DNA from: Raillietiella orientalis
Lineage: Eukaryota
Direction: 5' to 3'
Length of the DNA: 64,000 nucleotides
Assembly (NCBI GenBank): GCA_036172245.1
Contig: JAYWIR010000001.1
Coordinates: 2,232,001 to 2,296,000, forward strand
Of this stretch, positions 39,701 through 50,049 are shown piece after piece. The notes under the pieces were generated by a model. The model was given only the letters and a program-made list of their open reading frames with translations, had not been told where the DNA came from and ran no database searches. The translations under genes and the position numbers were made by a program. Each line of letters begins with the position of its first letter. Positions within the stretch are counted from its first letter, which is position 1.

Positions 39701-41099
39701 TGCGCCTTGTACCGGAAAGGGGTCTTAGTTCCAGCAGAGGAACAAGTATCGCATCAGCTGAGCCAGTGTTCCCGGTTATCTCTCGCATGATTCCCAACCT
39801 CCTAATCCCTTTCCTATAAAAGAAAATGTATTGCTCTCCTTGCGTGTTGAAACAGCGACATTTCTGAATTCTTGTGCCTCCATGGTCTAAATGAGCGGGA
39901 ATTGCCAGGCAACCGAACGTGAGTACTTTATCCTTGTCTGCAAAACGCGAACAAATATGAACCTTCCGTGATGCTTTTGACCTCGAAAAATTTCAAAGTG
40001 CTTCTGTGCATCGCCACTTCCGAGCAAGGCGGTCCCCAAGGTGTTGTTTACCGTGGCCGCTTTGCTTCCGCGGGTTTTTTTTTCATCTTCTCATCCCTCT
40101 TCTCTATACAAGTGCGCGGTTCGTTTCCGGCAGGTTCGCAGGGCCGGTCCTCACGGTACGAAGGCACGCGGCGTCCATCGTACCTGAGAAGTCAGATCGA
40201 AAGGTCAAGTGTGTTACCAGGGACTCGAGCAAGAGGAACGACGACGTGTTTACAGAAGAGTAGCGGAGATGAGTTCCTGTTCGAGGCGCGGGTTTCGCAG
40301 AGGTTCGCTGTTCGTGCTACCTGCGGAGGATGGGGAACCCGTGTCCTTGAGTGGGGGATTCCAGAAACAACTAGGAGGTCCGGTCAGTCGAGAAATAGCT
40401 GGACCAACACGGTTCTTTCCCACTCTCTTTCAGTCTTCAGGACGCGCGAAAACAGCAGTTGCCCACCCCGAGATTGCTCCATGAAAGCTGCTGTTCCCGC
40501 TGCGAACGCGTGATCGAATATATTTTTAATGGTAAAGTTGGTCGAGGAAGCGATCGGAACCACACCAGATGCGCTCTCAACAGGGACGGCTTCCTTGGGG
40601 TCTTCTCACGAACAGTGAGGGATGCCCTGAATCGTTGCCCGCGGGAGAAGCTAAACATTCGAGAGACCTTGGAGCGGATTCTCAGAGTGCTCCTGCCTTC
40701 ATCCCTTTCCATCCTCAAGAAAGTTTTTCTGTTTCTCCTGGGATTTCAGGGATGGATACTCGAGAAAGAAAAGAAACCCCTCCATGGTAAACGAAAGCCA
40801 GCAATCTGTGCTCGAAGAAGGAAGTGCCATCGGTCTGGAGATTCATTTCCAGAAATGAAAGATTACGAGGGATCTTTGGGAAGCCGCAAGCCACCCTGTG
40901 CTGTGCGCATGCGGTGGTGGATACGGAAAAACGGGCGCAAAGAAACGCATTTGGGAATCACTCCATCGTGCGAGGAATTGCGGGAGATTAACCTAATGAA
41001 GGCGAGCGAGCCAGGAGGTACCGTAAGCGGCGTAGCCTGTCATTAATCGTTTCGGAACGCATCCAAGAGATGAAGGAAGCTGACGGTCCCGAAAGATGC

Positions 41100-41680
41100 T
41101 CTGCCCTCCCTCGTTTATTGCACCCATCTTTGGAGTTTGGATTCCCCATGGAGACCGTATCACTTCATAGAGCGCTCTTTCCAGGCGCTCAGTCGAGCGT
41201 CAGGTGTCTTGACCCTCTCCTTGGTCACTCAGTCCACACTGCTAGTGCGACTTTCGGCTTTCTCTGCTGTATCATCCCCCAAGGCACCCTTACGGCTGGT
41301 CACAGGGTTGGGCATGTCCCCAGTCTCCCCTCGAAGGTATCGCGTTGGCGGCAGCCGTGAGTAATCGAACGGGGGAGGCAATTCCTGGGGGAGAGGAAGG
41401 CCCATCTAGGAACCCCGAGAAATGTGGAACCACCGAAGACTCAGCGGCAGCGCTACCGAGCACCTCCGCATCTTGGCATCCCCCGTAGAAGGACGCAAAC
41501 GGGGTGCGGGACCGCAAAGATGTACCCTGTGGCGATCGCCTCGTCGCCGGCGAAAAGCTCGGAAAGTGCGCCCCACGAATGGCTCAGGCAGGACAGGTCT
41601 CTCTCTCGATGAGCTCACGGGAATAGGGCAGTCCACAGTGCATCGGGCAAACGGGCCGGATGGCTCCCCTTCTCTCCTTC
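41100..41680 (+). mobile_element. L1-like RT remnant
   Basis: PWRPYHF..SFQALS...LV..SAF, then a GVR(QG)xPV.. motif. Confidence 0.5.
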
Positions 41681-42289
41681 TCCTTCGTCTTCTTGTTTGC
41701 CGAAAGCCAATGCAAATGTTCTCGAGATAGCGCATCGTCGGAGGATACATCTCTCCGTGCGGTTGGTACATCAGCAAGTACATCAGCTTTCCCTCATCCC
41801 TGATGCTTCGATTAACCGAGCTGCTCGCAGCGGTGGTTTTCGGATAACAGCAACCCTTCATCCGTTACCCGGGAAGATTTACATCGTTCCCTCATCAGAA
41901 AAACTCATTGATTTCCATTACCGCGATTATATTCGAATTACCACGCGATCACTTGATGGCCGCCCTTCTCGCATCTCCGAGAAACATCAGGCGAGGCATT
42001 TGTCGCCGAGCGACGCGATGATCCCTCCTCTCCTTTGCGAACGGCTTGTGTCTCCGGAACGATTTCCAGAGGCAGGAGGAGTTCATTCCGCTTCCCGAGA
42101 GAAGACCACTCTTCGACGGCCACATCGCCCTCCCCGACGCGCGAACCTCGGAGTCTCGTGAAAGGGACAGGAAGGAACGATCTCGGAGCCGCCACTCCCT
42201 GGGAGACATCGATGATAAGGGAGCGGTTGTGGCCGCTCCATCAGCAGCCGCAGAATGTTCCTGGTTCCTCCTGCGCGTCGTCTGTCTAC

Positions 42290-42315
42290 AGAGAGAAAGA
42301 GAGAGAGAGAGAGAG
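42290..42315. repeat. (AG)n microsatellite, one interruption
   Basis: Read directly from the sequence. Confidence 0.9.
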
Positions 42316-42645
42316 GAAAGGTCGTTGTATGCAAACTCATCTCTGCTCTCGGCTTATTGGACCTTACAGCTTACCTGATTTTGGAGTTTCTTCCTCTGAT
42401 CAGGCGGGTTGAGATCTTGGAGATATTGCGAGGCAAAAGAACCGGGATGAAAAATTCCCCCAAATGAGATCAGCTCTGGAGAAATCCCAAAGAGTGGAAC
42501 TGGAGCTGGAAGCCTGGAGAAAGGCCTCCTGTACCTCGGAAAACGCCTCCAAGCGCGTTTTCGCTTCGACGCGCACCATCGGAGGGTAGCCGCTCCGCCT
42601 TTGCTCTGACGGAGGCAGCAGGAGGAAGCTTCTTGGCAGGAAAGG

Positions 42646-42700
42646 GGATGCACCAAGGATGCTCATCAGATTTCACCTGATGAGCATCCTTGGTGCATCC
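42646..42700. repeat. Perfect 24-bp inverted repeat with a 7-nt loop
   Basis: GGATGCACCAAGGATGCTCATCAG-ATTTCAC-CTGATGAGCATCCTTGGTGCATCC. Confidence 0.95.
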
Positions 42701-43075
42701 GAAATTTCTCAGAAGGGCGCTCCCCGAAGGGAACGGCAGGCTTCTCTACACTTTGGAGAGGTGCCACATCTACTCCATGGTACGAGACGGAGGTACCCCC
42801 GAAGGGGCGTCCGCTCCTTTGCACAAGCGGAGGGGGACCCTGGAGAACTCGTTGATTCCTGGATGAGCCCGGAGGTCGACTCCCATTGTCCTGGCCACTC
42901 ATCGGGGGCATCCGGTTTTAACCGTTACCAGTGCCGAATGAATGTGGACAACCAGCGTCATCTTGCAGGAGGATCTCAAACCCACACGCACACGTCAATT
43001 CTTGCCTAGTATTCGAACCTGTGATGGTTAATGCCACCGCGGAGACCACAACCACGTGGCATTGGACGCGGGCCT
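42701..43075 (-). mobile_element. Same SINE family, diverged 5' half
   Basis: B-box on the minus strand at 43009-19, a CCTGCAAGATGACGCTGGTTG block, and the family box at 42848-70. Confidence 0.65.
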
Positions 43076-44669
43076 AGAAGCTAGAAATGAAAAGAAGGAA
43101 CATCACGTCGGCATACAAGTGGAGGTTTGGAACCTCGGGTGCAGAAAACACCTCGCCCGGCTATCGTTGGGAAGACACGTAAAAGAAGAGTTGGAGCTAT
43201 GGCTTCGCGGGAATAACCAGAGACACTCGCTTTCGGAAGCTGCTCCTGATCTCTTCCTCTTTTCCAATGAGGGCATCCAAATCGTTTTTTCCCTACCCAC
43301 CCGCGCTCTTGGCTCTGCGACTCCACCGTCTCCAGACTTTTTCCTCACGCGGCGTTCCCGTCACTCTGCTCGAAACATAGCTGCCCCGTCTCTGCAGGGG
43401 AAGGGGGGGAAGGTTGTGCTCGTACGGGCCAGGAGACGATTCCTTTACCTCCCGACCGCGAAGTCCTCCTTGAGCGCAATCACATCTTCCGCTTGCGCTG
43501 GGTTTGCCAGCAAGAGCTAGTGAGGAATCGGACTCCTTCAGAACAGTTGCATCGATGACTTTTCGAGGCCATTTGCCGCAAGCGTCGCTTCTTCCACTCT
43601 GGTCTCCATTTTAGGATCGGCTACAAGTGCTCGCAGGATACAGAAACTTTCAGGATTCCTCTGACTTCATCTGCCCGACAGAGGTGGACTTTCAACCGCG
43701 TGCCTCACGCGGATTATTACTACTGCTACTGACATCCGCATTCTCACTTGTACAATGGCTGCGACCGTGGTCTCTTCGGCTAGTCTGGAAACGCTCGAAA
43801 GTTCCAAAAGCCTAAGAGGTCGCAGCGAGTCAGCAATGGGGTCGCGACCCTCTTGAAAGTGCTCGTCTCTGCTCCGGACTCGGAAACTCCGGGGAGGTTT
43901 CTTCCGCAATCCCAAAGATCCTATGAAGCTGAACGAGAATCTCATCTGCAAGGACGGGGAACAAAAAAAATCGAGTGCGGCAGCATCCTCAAAAAGCCTG
44001 TTGTGGGACGGAGACACAAACTGAGCTCAGCTTCACGCTGCTAAAGCAAGAAAGTTCACGAAAATGTGCGACGGTGCCAGGAACAGACCAAATAGCCAAA
44101 GGGTGCTTCGGGGAGCTTGGTTGCTATAGGAGCAGCATTGTGAGAGGGTCGCCCGCTCGTTTCTCCTTACCCCACCTAAACAAACGCAGCTACGTCGTGA
44201 GTTCTCGATCGCTGACGAACCCCCTGGTCAGCCACTGAAAAATATACATCAAAATTATTGAGATAAAAGAATCGAAGATTACGAAAACTACGAGATCCAA
44301 AAAGACAGCTCCATCGTGGCGCCTTCTCGTCTCGTTCCCTCTCTCCTTTCCTGATTCTTCTCTTGGATCCACACGGAGATCGGCGAATTTTTCTCGAAAC
44401 GATGACCCCAGGAGGCATGGAGGCATTTTCCTTCCTGGGAGCTCACGTGGTCGCGCGAATATTCACCTAAGCGAGCTGCGACTACGGAGTAGAGAAGCCA
44501 TTCTTCTCTCGTGGCCACCGTGCGAGCCATCCCCCACCCAGGAAATCGTCATTCTTCCACGGCGCACACCTTTGCATCCGTCCGGGATCGTCGAGTCGGT
44601 CGCTTCCTTGAGGACATGACCACCGTACTCGAGGTGAGCATGAATCCTCCTAGCAGCCAGCTGTCGCCT

Positions 44670-47600
44670 AGTTTAACACCCAGTAACGTCGGAACATTTA
44701 TTATCAAAAAATAGAAAACCTAAGAGTGTAGGTCATCGGCCCTATAGCGCCCAAAAATTTTCGGAAGCTGTTCAGTAACTGGCATGCAGGCCGGCGACGT
44801 TCGCCTCGGTAGCGGAGGGGAGGGGGCAAACCCAAAATAAAAAACAAACCAAAAAATGCATATAAAAAAAAATTGGTAAGGTTAGGGAAGGATCACAGTC
44901 CGCTGGAGGCCGTCCACTGCATCCTTTCCAGGATGCCGGCAAGTTCCATCCAAGTGTGCCCCAGGTGGGGCCATCTAGCTGCCTTCCTCATGGAGCTCAG
45001 GGCGAAGCAGATGACGTCCCTATCGCGCCGTCCTGCTCTTGCGTAACTCCACGCCATTACAGTTTCGCGGAGGCAACAGAGAACTGCTGGGGTGCTGCAG
45101 ACGAAGGGGCATGCCCACGTCGGAGGCCTTGTGGTTAAGGCTTCCGCGTGTGGTACCATGCGTCGCGGGTTCGAATACTCCGGCAGAAACTGACGCCACT
45201 GCGTCGTTGGGTTACGAGTTTTTCCTGCAAGATGGCGCTGGTTGGCCGAGACATCCGGGCGTGGTCCCGGCGGTGGATGAGTCGGAGGCCCCCGATGAAG
45301 GCCGGAACAATGGGAGTCGGCCTTCGGGTCGTTCCAAGAATCAAGGAGTGGGGAGTTCCCTCTCTGGTCGTACAATGGAGAGCGGACCCGCTCACCAGAG
45401 GGACCGCCTCCGGTTTCAAGATGGAGCAGGAGCCCTCACGGACACCTCTCCAGTTCAAAGGAGCGGATTCCCCCTGTTGCGGGGGGGCCCCTCCGAGTCG
45501 TCGACTCTTCACAGAGTGCAAGAAAGCAAGCGAGAGCGATTCCCTGCGGGAAGCTGCAGCGCCTCTTCTGAGTTTCGGAAGCGTCCCTTCGGGGTTCCCT
45601 TCATAGAAGTGAACAGGAGAGGTTCCCTTCGGAGACAACCGGGGTAGGAGGTGCGATCCCCCTGGATGGAGGGGAATCTTTCCAGAAGAGTGGGAGGAAG
45701 GGACTCCGAGCCCTTCCTGGATTCATAGGGCGGACTCTTCCAACCCGGGATTGTCCCCTATCCTGAAAAGTTCATGCGCCCCCCCTGCGGGCTGCCGCAA
45801 GCGGAGTGGCGTGTAAACAAAACAGTGTGTTTAAAAGAGCTACGTGCGCCGCGAGGCACGCGACCGCCTCTTGAGGAGCACTTAGCGAACCAAAAAAAAA
45901 AGCGAAGACAGATGAAGGGACATCGCGCACGAAGAAGCGCTTCATCACGTCCCTTGGATTGTCCGTCAATGCACCAAAGGTCGTTGGGTAACGCAACCGC
46001 AGGGGCAGGAGGGCGACACAGTGCATAAGCAGGTGCTGGAAAGATTCCCGTTCCCCTCACCTGCAACAGTTAGGGTCCACAGTCCCCGGGTTCAGTGGGA
46101 GCGGAGGGCGTTGCACGGGATACCCCAGTGCAACAGCAGAAGTGCCGAATCCGGCCAGTTCAGGGGGAGGACTTGGCTGTTCTTCAGCGAGAGGAGTCAC
46201 TCGAAGTCTTCCTGTAGAATTCCTAGCAGTTCCCCCCAGAGCAGTCTTTTCGGTGGGGCACTTGGGGTCGCGGCGTCGGTGAACCTGCCCGTGCTCCAAC
46301 CACCTAGTTCCTTCGTCCGAAGACCTATTTTGCAGTTGACCTCCCATTTGATAGGCTGGTTACTGCTCAAGTGCTCTCTAAAGAAGGACAGTGCCGAGCT
46401 AGGGAGGTTCTTTGCGGCCACGCACACGTGGTGGCTGCATTCCTTTGGCGAGACTTTGTTGTAAAAGGAGGGCATCGGTCGCTGCCGCATCTCCAGGCTC
46501 GTACTTGACCCATGTGCGAACGGTTTCCTGCAAACAGGCACCACCGTTCGCGGACCGGCAGAAGATACAGCTGTTGATCTTGGTAGTCAGCTTGGCCACT
46601 CGCCGGAGCTCGAGTCCTCAGAGGGACACGTTGCGTTTGCGCCGCTGCGCCAGAAACCCGCGTAGCCGGTGGCTCGCTTGACCAGCTATTGTGCGAACTC
46701 GCATCAGTTCGTGCTCCAAAGCTTCGCCACTAGGACAAGCATCCTCCACTGGAGCTGACTTTCCAGGCGCTTCAGAGTCAGGAGGGCGAAGCGTCCGTCG
46801 CGACGTGGAGCGCACAAGCCCCTCAAGCGAACTTAGGACCTCTTTGTGCCTATTCTCAGCAAGTCCTTCGTCCGCCTATTTATATTTATCGGCAGGGGGC
46901 AAACAAAAAGCAGGGAGCGGAGGAGAAGGGCCATGAACGTGTTCCAGACCACCACCCGTTCCGGCAAGAGAAACTTGCCATCCCGGAACGGGCCGATCTC
47001 CAACCCTGCCTTCTGGAGGCAGCTGGACCACGCTTTCGCCAGGGAATAGTTTCCCAACGGCACACCGGGGTGCTTAAAGTGCCGGACCACGGAGATCCCC
47101 AAATAGATAGAGTCCAGATGCCCTGTTCATGTCCATCCGACTGGTACCCCGGACGATTTCGCCTTGTTCGCCTCGACTCCTGTCCCACAGCTTAACAGCT
47201 CGAAAGAGCCCTCAAGTGCTGAAGCCGGGATGGACATGGGGTGCAGCAGAAGAAGGTCGTCTGCATACGCTGACGCAGCAGGTGTGTCTGGGCACAAGCG
47301 CGGCAGGCGAGCCATAGTCTCCCCGTACGCCTTATCACCAGCTTGAAGTAGGCGCTGAAGAGAAGGGGCTCAGCTGTCGCCCTGCCGTATCCCACACCGC
47401 ACCGGCACACCGTGTACGTTTCGTCCACTGAAAGAAACGATGTTCGGCTCGTCTCTTCAGAAAGTCCGTCAAAGAGGCCAAGAAGCCCTTTTGTTCCAGG
47501 AGCTCTAGAGGAAGCTTTCGGTCAAAATGCAGTCGAATGCTTTCCGCAAGTCGACTGTGACCGCAAGGGTGCCCACTCCCTCTCGACCATCCCCCCTAGC

Positions 47601-47860
47601 CACCGGCAGACGTCCCGGAATTCGGGGTGCCGATCGTTGTTCCTCTTTGCGGACTGCAGTTCCCGCGAAACTGCCTCCTGGTGGCGCTCTCAGGGGACAG
47701 CTGAAAGGACGTGTGCGCGCATTGGAGTGACGATGGCGCGCCTGGCTGCGTTTCCTCGCAACGGAGTTTTTCGAAATCCTGGGTGTCGACTTCACGTTCG
47801 CGAATCGCGGAACCGGAGCACGCTTCCGTAGGGATGCAACCCGGAAAGGGATCACTGAAC
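44670..47860 (-). mobile_element. Degenerate L1/Tx1-like LINE, RT to 3' UTR (interrupted by the SINE at 45113-45908)
   Basis: Frameshifted motifs in the correct order: VDLRKAFD, G(I)RQGDS.SPLLF, AYADDLLL, FKHPGVPLG, LHWGIPCNAR...ESFQHLLMHC knuckle, RKAARWPHL, T-rich 3' UTR, AATAAA (44697-702). Confidence 0.85.
45113..45908 (+). mobile_element. tRNA-headed SINE, full-length copy inserted into a LINE
   Basis: A-box-like AGGCCTTGTGG (45124-34) and B-box GGTTCGAATAC (45168-78). A10 near the 3' end. Flanked by a 15-bp near-identical TSD, CAGACGAAGGGGCAT / CAGATGAAGGGACAT. Aligns along its length to 60301-61214. Confidence 0.8.
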
Positions 47861-48814
47861 CGTTTCGCCTCTTTGCGCGACACGCTCCGCCGGCGCCGAG
47901 GAAGAAAAAAAAGAAAAAAACAGTCGTTTAGGTTAGAAATTTATGGAATGCCCGCAACTCGAGTCATAAAATGCCTCTGTTTTACGTGCTCTGGGAACCC
48001 AACTTAGTGGCATTGATCCGTCTGAGGCAGTTTCTCTGACTCAAAAGAGGTCGTTTACCGACTCCTAAAGGAAAGTTTGAACATGAAGAAGAAACAGGAG
48101 GGATTGAGTGAGCGCTTACGCAGGAACTTTCGCATCCTTCGTTCGTTTTGAACTCGAGAAAGAAGAAAAAAAATTCCCTAAAATCCCCATCTCTCTCAAT
48201 ATGAGAGCGCGAGTTCGAATTTTCAAGGATTTCCGAAAGATGAGCGCTCTCAAAGAAACCTGTTGCATTGCCGCTACATCTTCTATTCCCCCGTTAGATC
48301 TTCACTCCGTATGGACCAATGGAAACTGACCACACGACGAATTCCTTTGTTGGTTCTCCTGATTTTCCTTCCGAAGGGATCGCTAACCGACGGTGAGTCC
48401 ACGTGCGTCTGTGAGGATGTGTAAGCGCTCCACACTGACCTCCGGGGGTATTGTTCTGTTCGACTGCATATCGTGTGACCGCAGGTGCCCAAATCACCGG
48501 TGAAGAGAAAAGACCTCTCGACCGAGGGATGTTTCTCATGTTCCCAGTTTGCAAAGGAATCCTCCGCGTCGACAAGTTGTGCTCCTTCTGAGAGCTCGTT
48601 CGCGTCGGCTAGTAGCAAGTGACCTGAGTTCAGGGAAAAAGGGAACAGACCACTCGCCATGATAGTCCACGGATAGATCTGAACTTCCATGTGCATCAAC
48701 CTGAATCTTCTTACAATTTCACTTTTCACAAAGCCCAGATCCGGTCTGTGAAAGATATACAGACCGTGCCAACAACAGAAAAAAAAAAAATATCAAGCAG
48801 AGGAGGGGAGGGAG

Positions 48815-49860
48815 CATTTGTTTTATTGCCTAAATTGATAATTTAACATCGCCCTACAGGAGGGGCTCCTCACATTCTTACGAGATTCCTCATCCGTTTA
48901 TCTGGGGCGTCCATTCTGTTGCTTCCTCAGCTTTTTGTCCTTCTTCCCGTGAGAGTCGACTACTGTGGCCTTCCGGCTATATCAGAGTTTCGGTCTCGTG
49001 TTATTCCTCCTGTGATGCGAGCTGAGTAGGTGTCCCTGGAGTATGTATCCGGTGCCTCATCCGCTGCGAGTGCTTTTTAGGACCTACAAGATCATGCAGC
49101 ACTTCTTCGTTATCTGGATCTCAGGCTCCCAGCGAGCCAACGATGTGAGCATGCACCCTGCACTGCTTCCCTTCCTTGTTGAAGGGCCACTTCCTCATAT
49201 TTTTCCTGTTTGTTCTTCCTAGCTGTGCTGCCTTTTTTCTACCATCGAACGGGCAACAGATGTCCAGCACCAGATGTTCGATTTCCTTGCTTCAATACTA
49301 GGTTGGTAGCAAGAGGGATTCAATTCCTGTAGCTCTGTGGCTGGCTGACATTAGGGTCCACTTTTCGTCATCCACCTCGGCCATCCTGATCAATTCCTGG
49401 ATCGTATTGTGTTGAGCAGCGAACAGATCAAAATGCCTCTTGTATCTGTTTAAGATACGAGGCAGCGTTTCGTCTTTGGTCAGGCAGCGCCGACATGAAC
49501 ATTCTTCTGGTTTCACCCTGGCTCCGGCCCTGATTGGTAGAACGTTTAGCCGAGCTGCGTGGATAAATCTGTAGTTCTGGAACCTTAGGTGTTTTCCATT
49601 AGTGAGGAAGAAGCTTAAGGCTTGATGCATGCCCACACACTGCATGGCTCTGCTTTACAGTGTGTGGGTTCTTGAGGTGCTCTTGAACGATGGATTGCCA
49701 CGTGTGGCCTCTTTGCAGTGCTCTTACGCCGGAAGCAAACTTTCTCCTCATGCTGCTGCTGCAGATGACTCCGTCGACCATTATGCTGGACTCTCCATTA
49801 GTAGATTTCCAGAAGGCTTTTGTTCTTCTGAAGGCCCCCCTTCCTTTGGACTATTCTTCC
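48815..49860 (-). mobile_element. NeSL/Utopia-like RLE non-LTR retrotransposon, 5'-truncated 3' portion
   Basis: GKHLRFQNYRFIHAARLNVLP, CRRC..DETLP.ILN knuckle, DICCPF..K..KY RLE core, LGSWDPDNE-like and SRDTY..ITG C-terminus, AATAAA at 48822-27. Confidence 0.8.
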
Positions 49861-49863
49861 TTG

Positions 49864-49993
49864 GACGGCGTCATCTATAGCAGCAGTATGAGGAACAAGT
49901 TGGCCTCCGGCATGAGAGCACTGCAGAGAGAGTGCCATGGCAATCCCGCGTTCAAGAGCACCTCTGTCAAGGCAGAGCCATGCAGTGTGTGGG
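49864..49993 (+). repeat. Inverted copy of 49632-49775 (fold-back arm of the Utopia-like fragment)
   Basis: GACGGCGTCATCTATAGCAGCAG...GCAGAGCCATGCAGTGTGTGGG is a diverged reverse complement of 49632-49775. Confidence 0.8.
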
Positions 49994-50049
49994 TACCCAC
50001 CACGCATCACCCGACCGGTCGCTCCCTTCCCTATCCTACGTAAACGAAG

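Noticed and set aside
42677..42710. Hammerhead-like CTGATGAG...GAAA
   Set aside because: Stem II does not close next to GAAA and stems I/III are missing. The motif is one arm of a perfect inverted repeat.
45113..45190. tRNA gene (also at 17262-17330, 43000-43075 and 61135-61214)
   Set aside because: No complete cloverleaf or acceptor stem. These are SINE heads continuing into a shared body.
48770..48782. U2 snRNA target remnant (TCTGTTGTT versus TCTGTTCTT) beyond the Utopia-like 3' end
   Set aside because: Only 9 nt with a mismatch, not at the junction, and no further U2 sequence.
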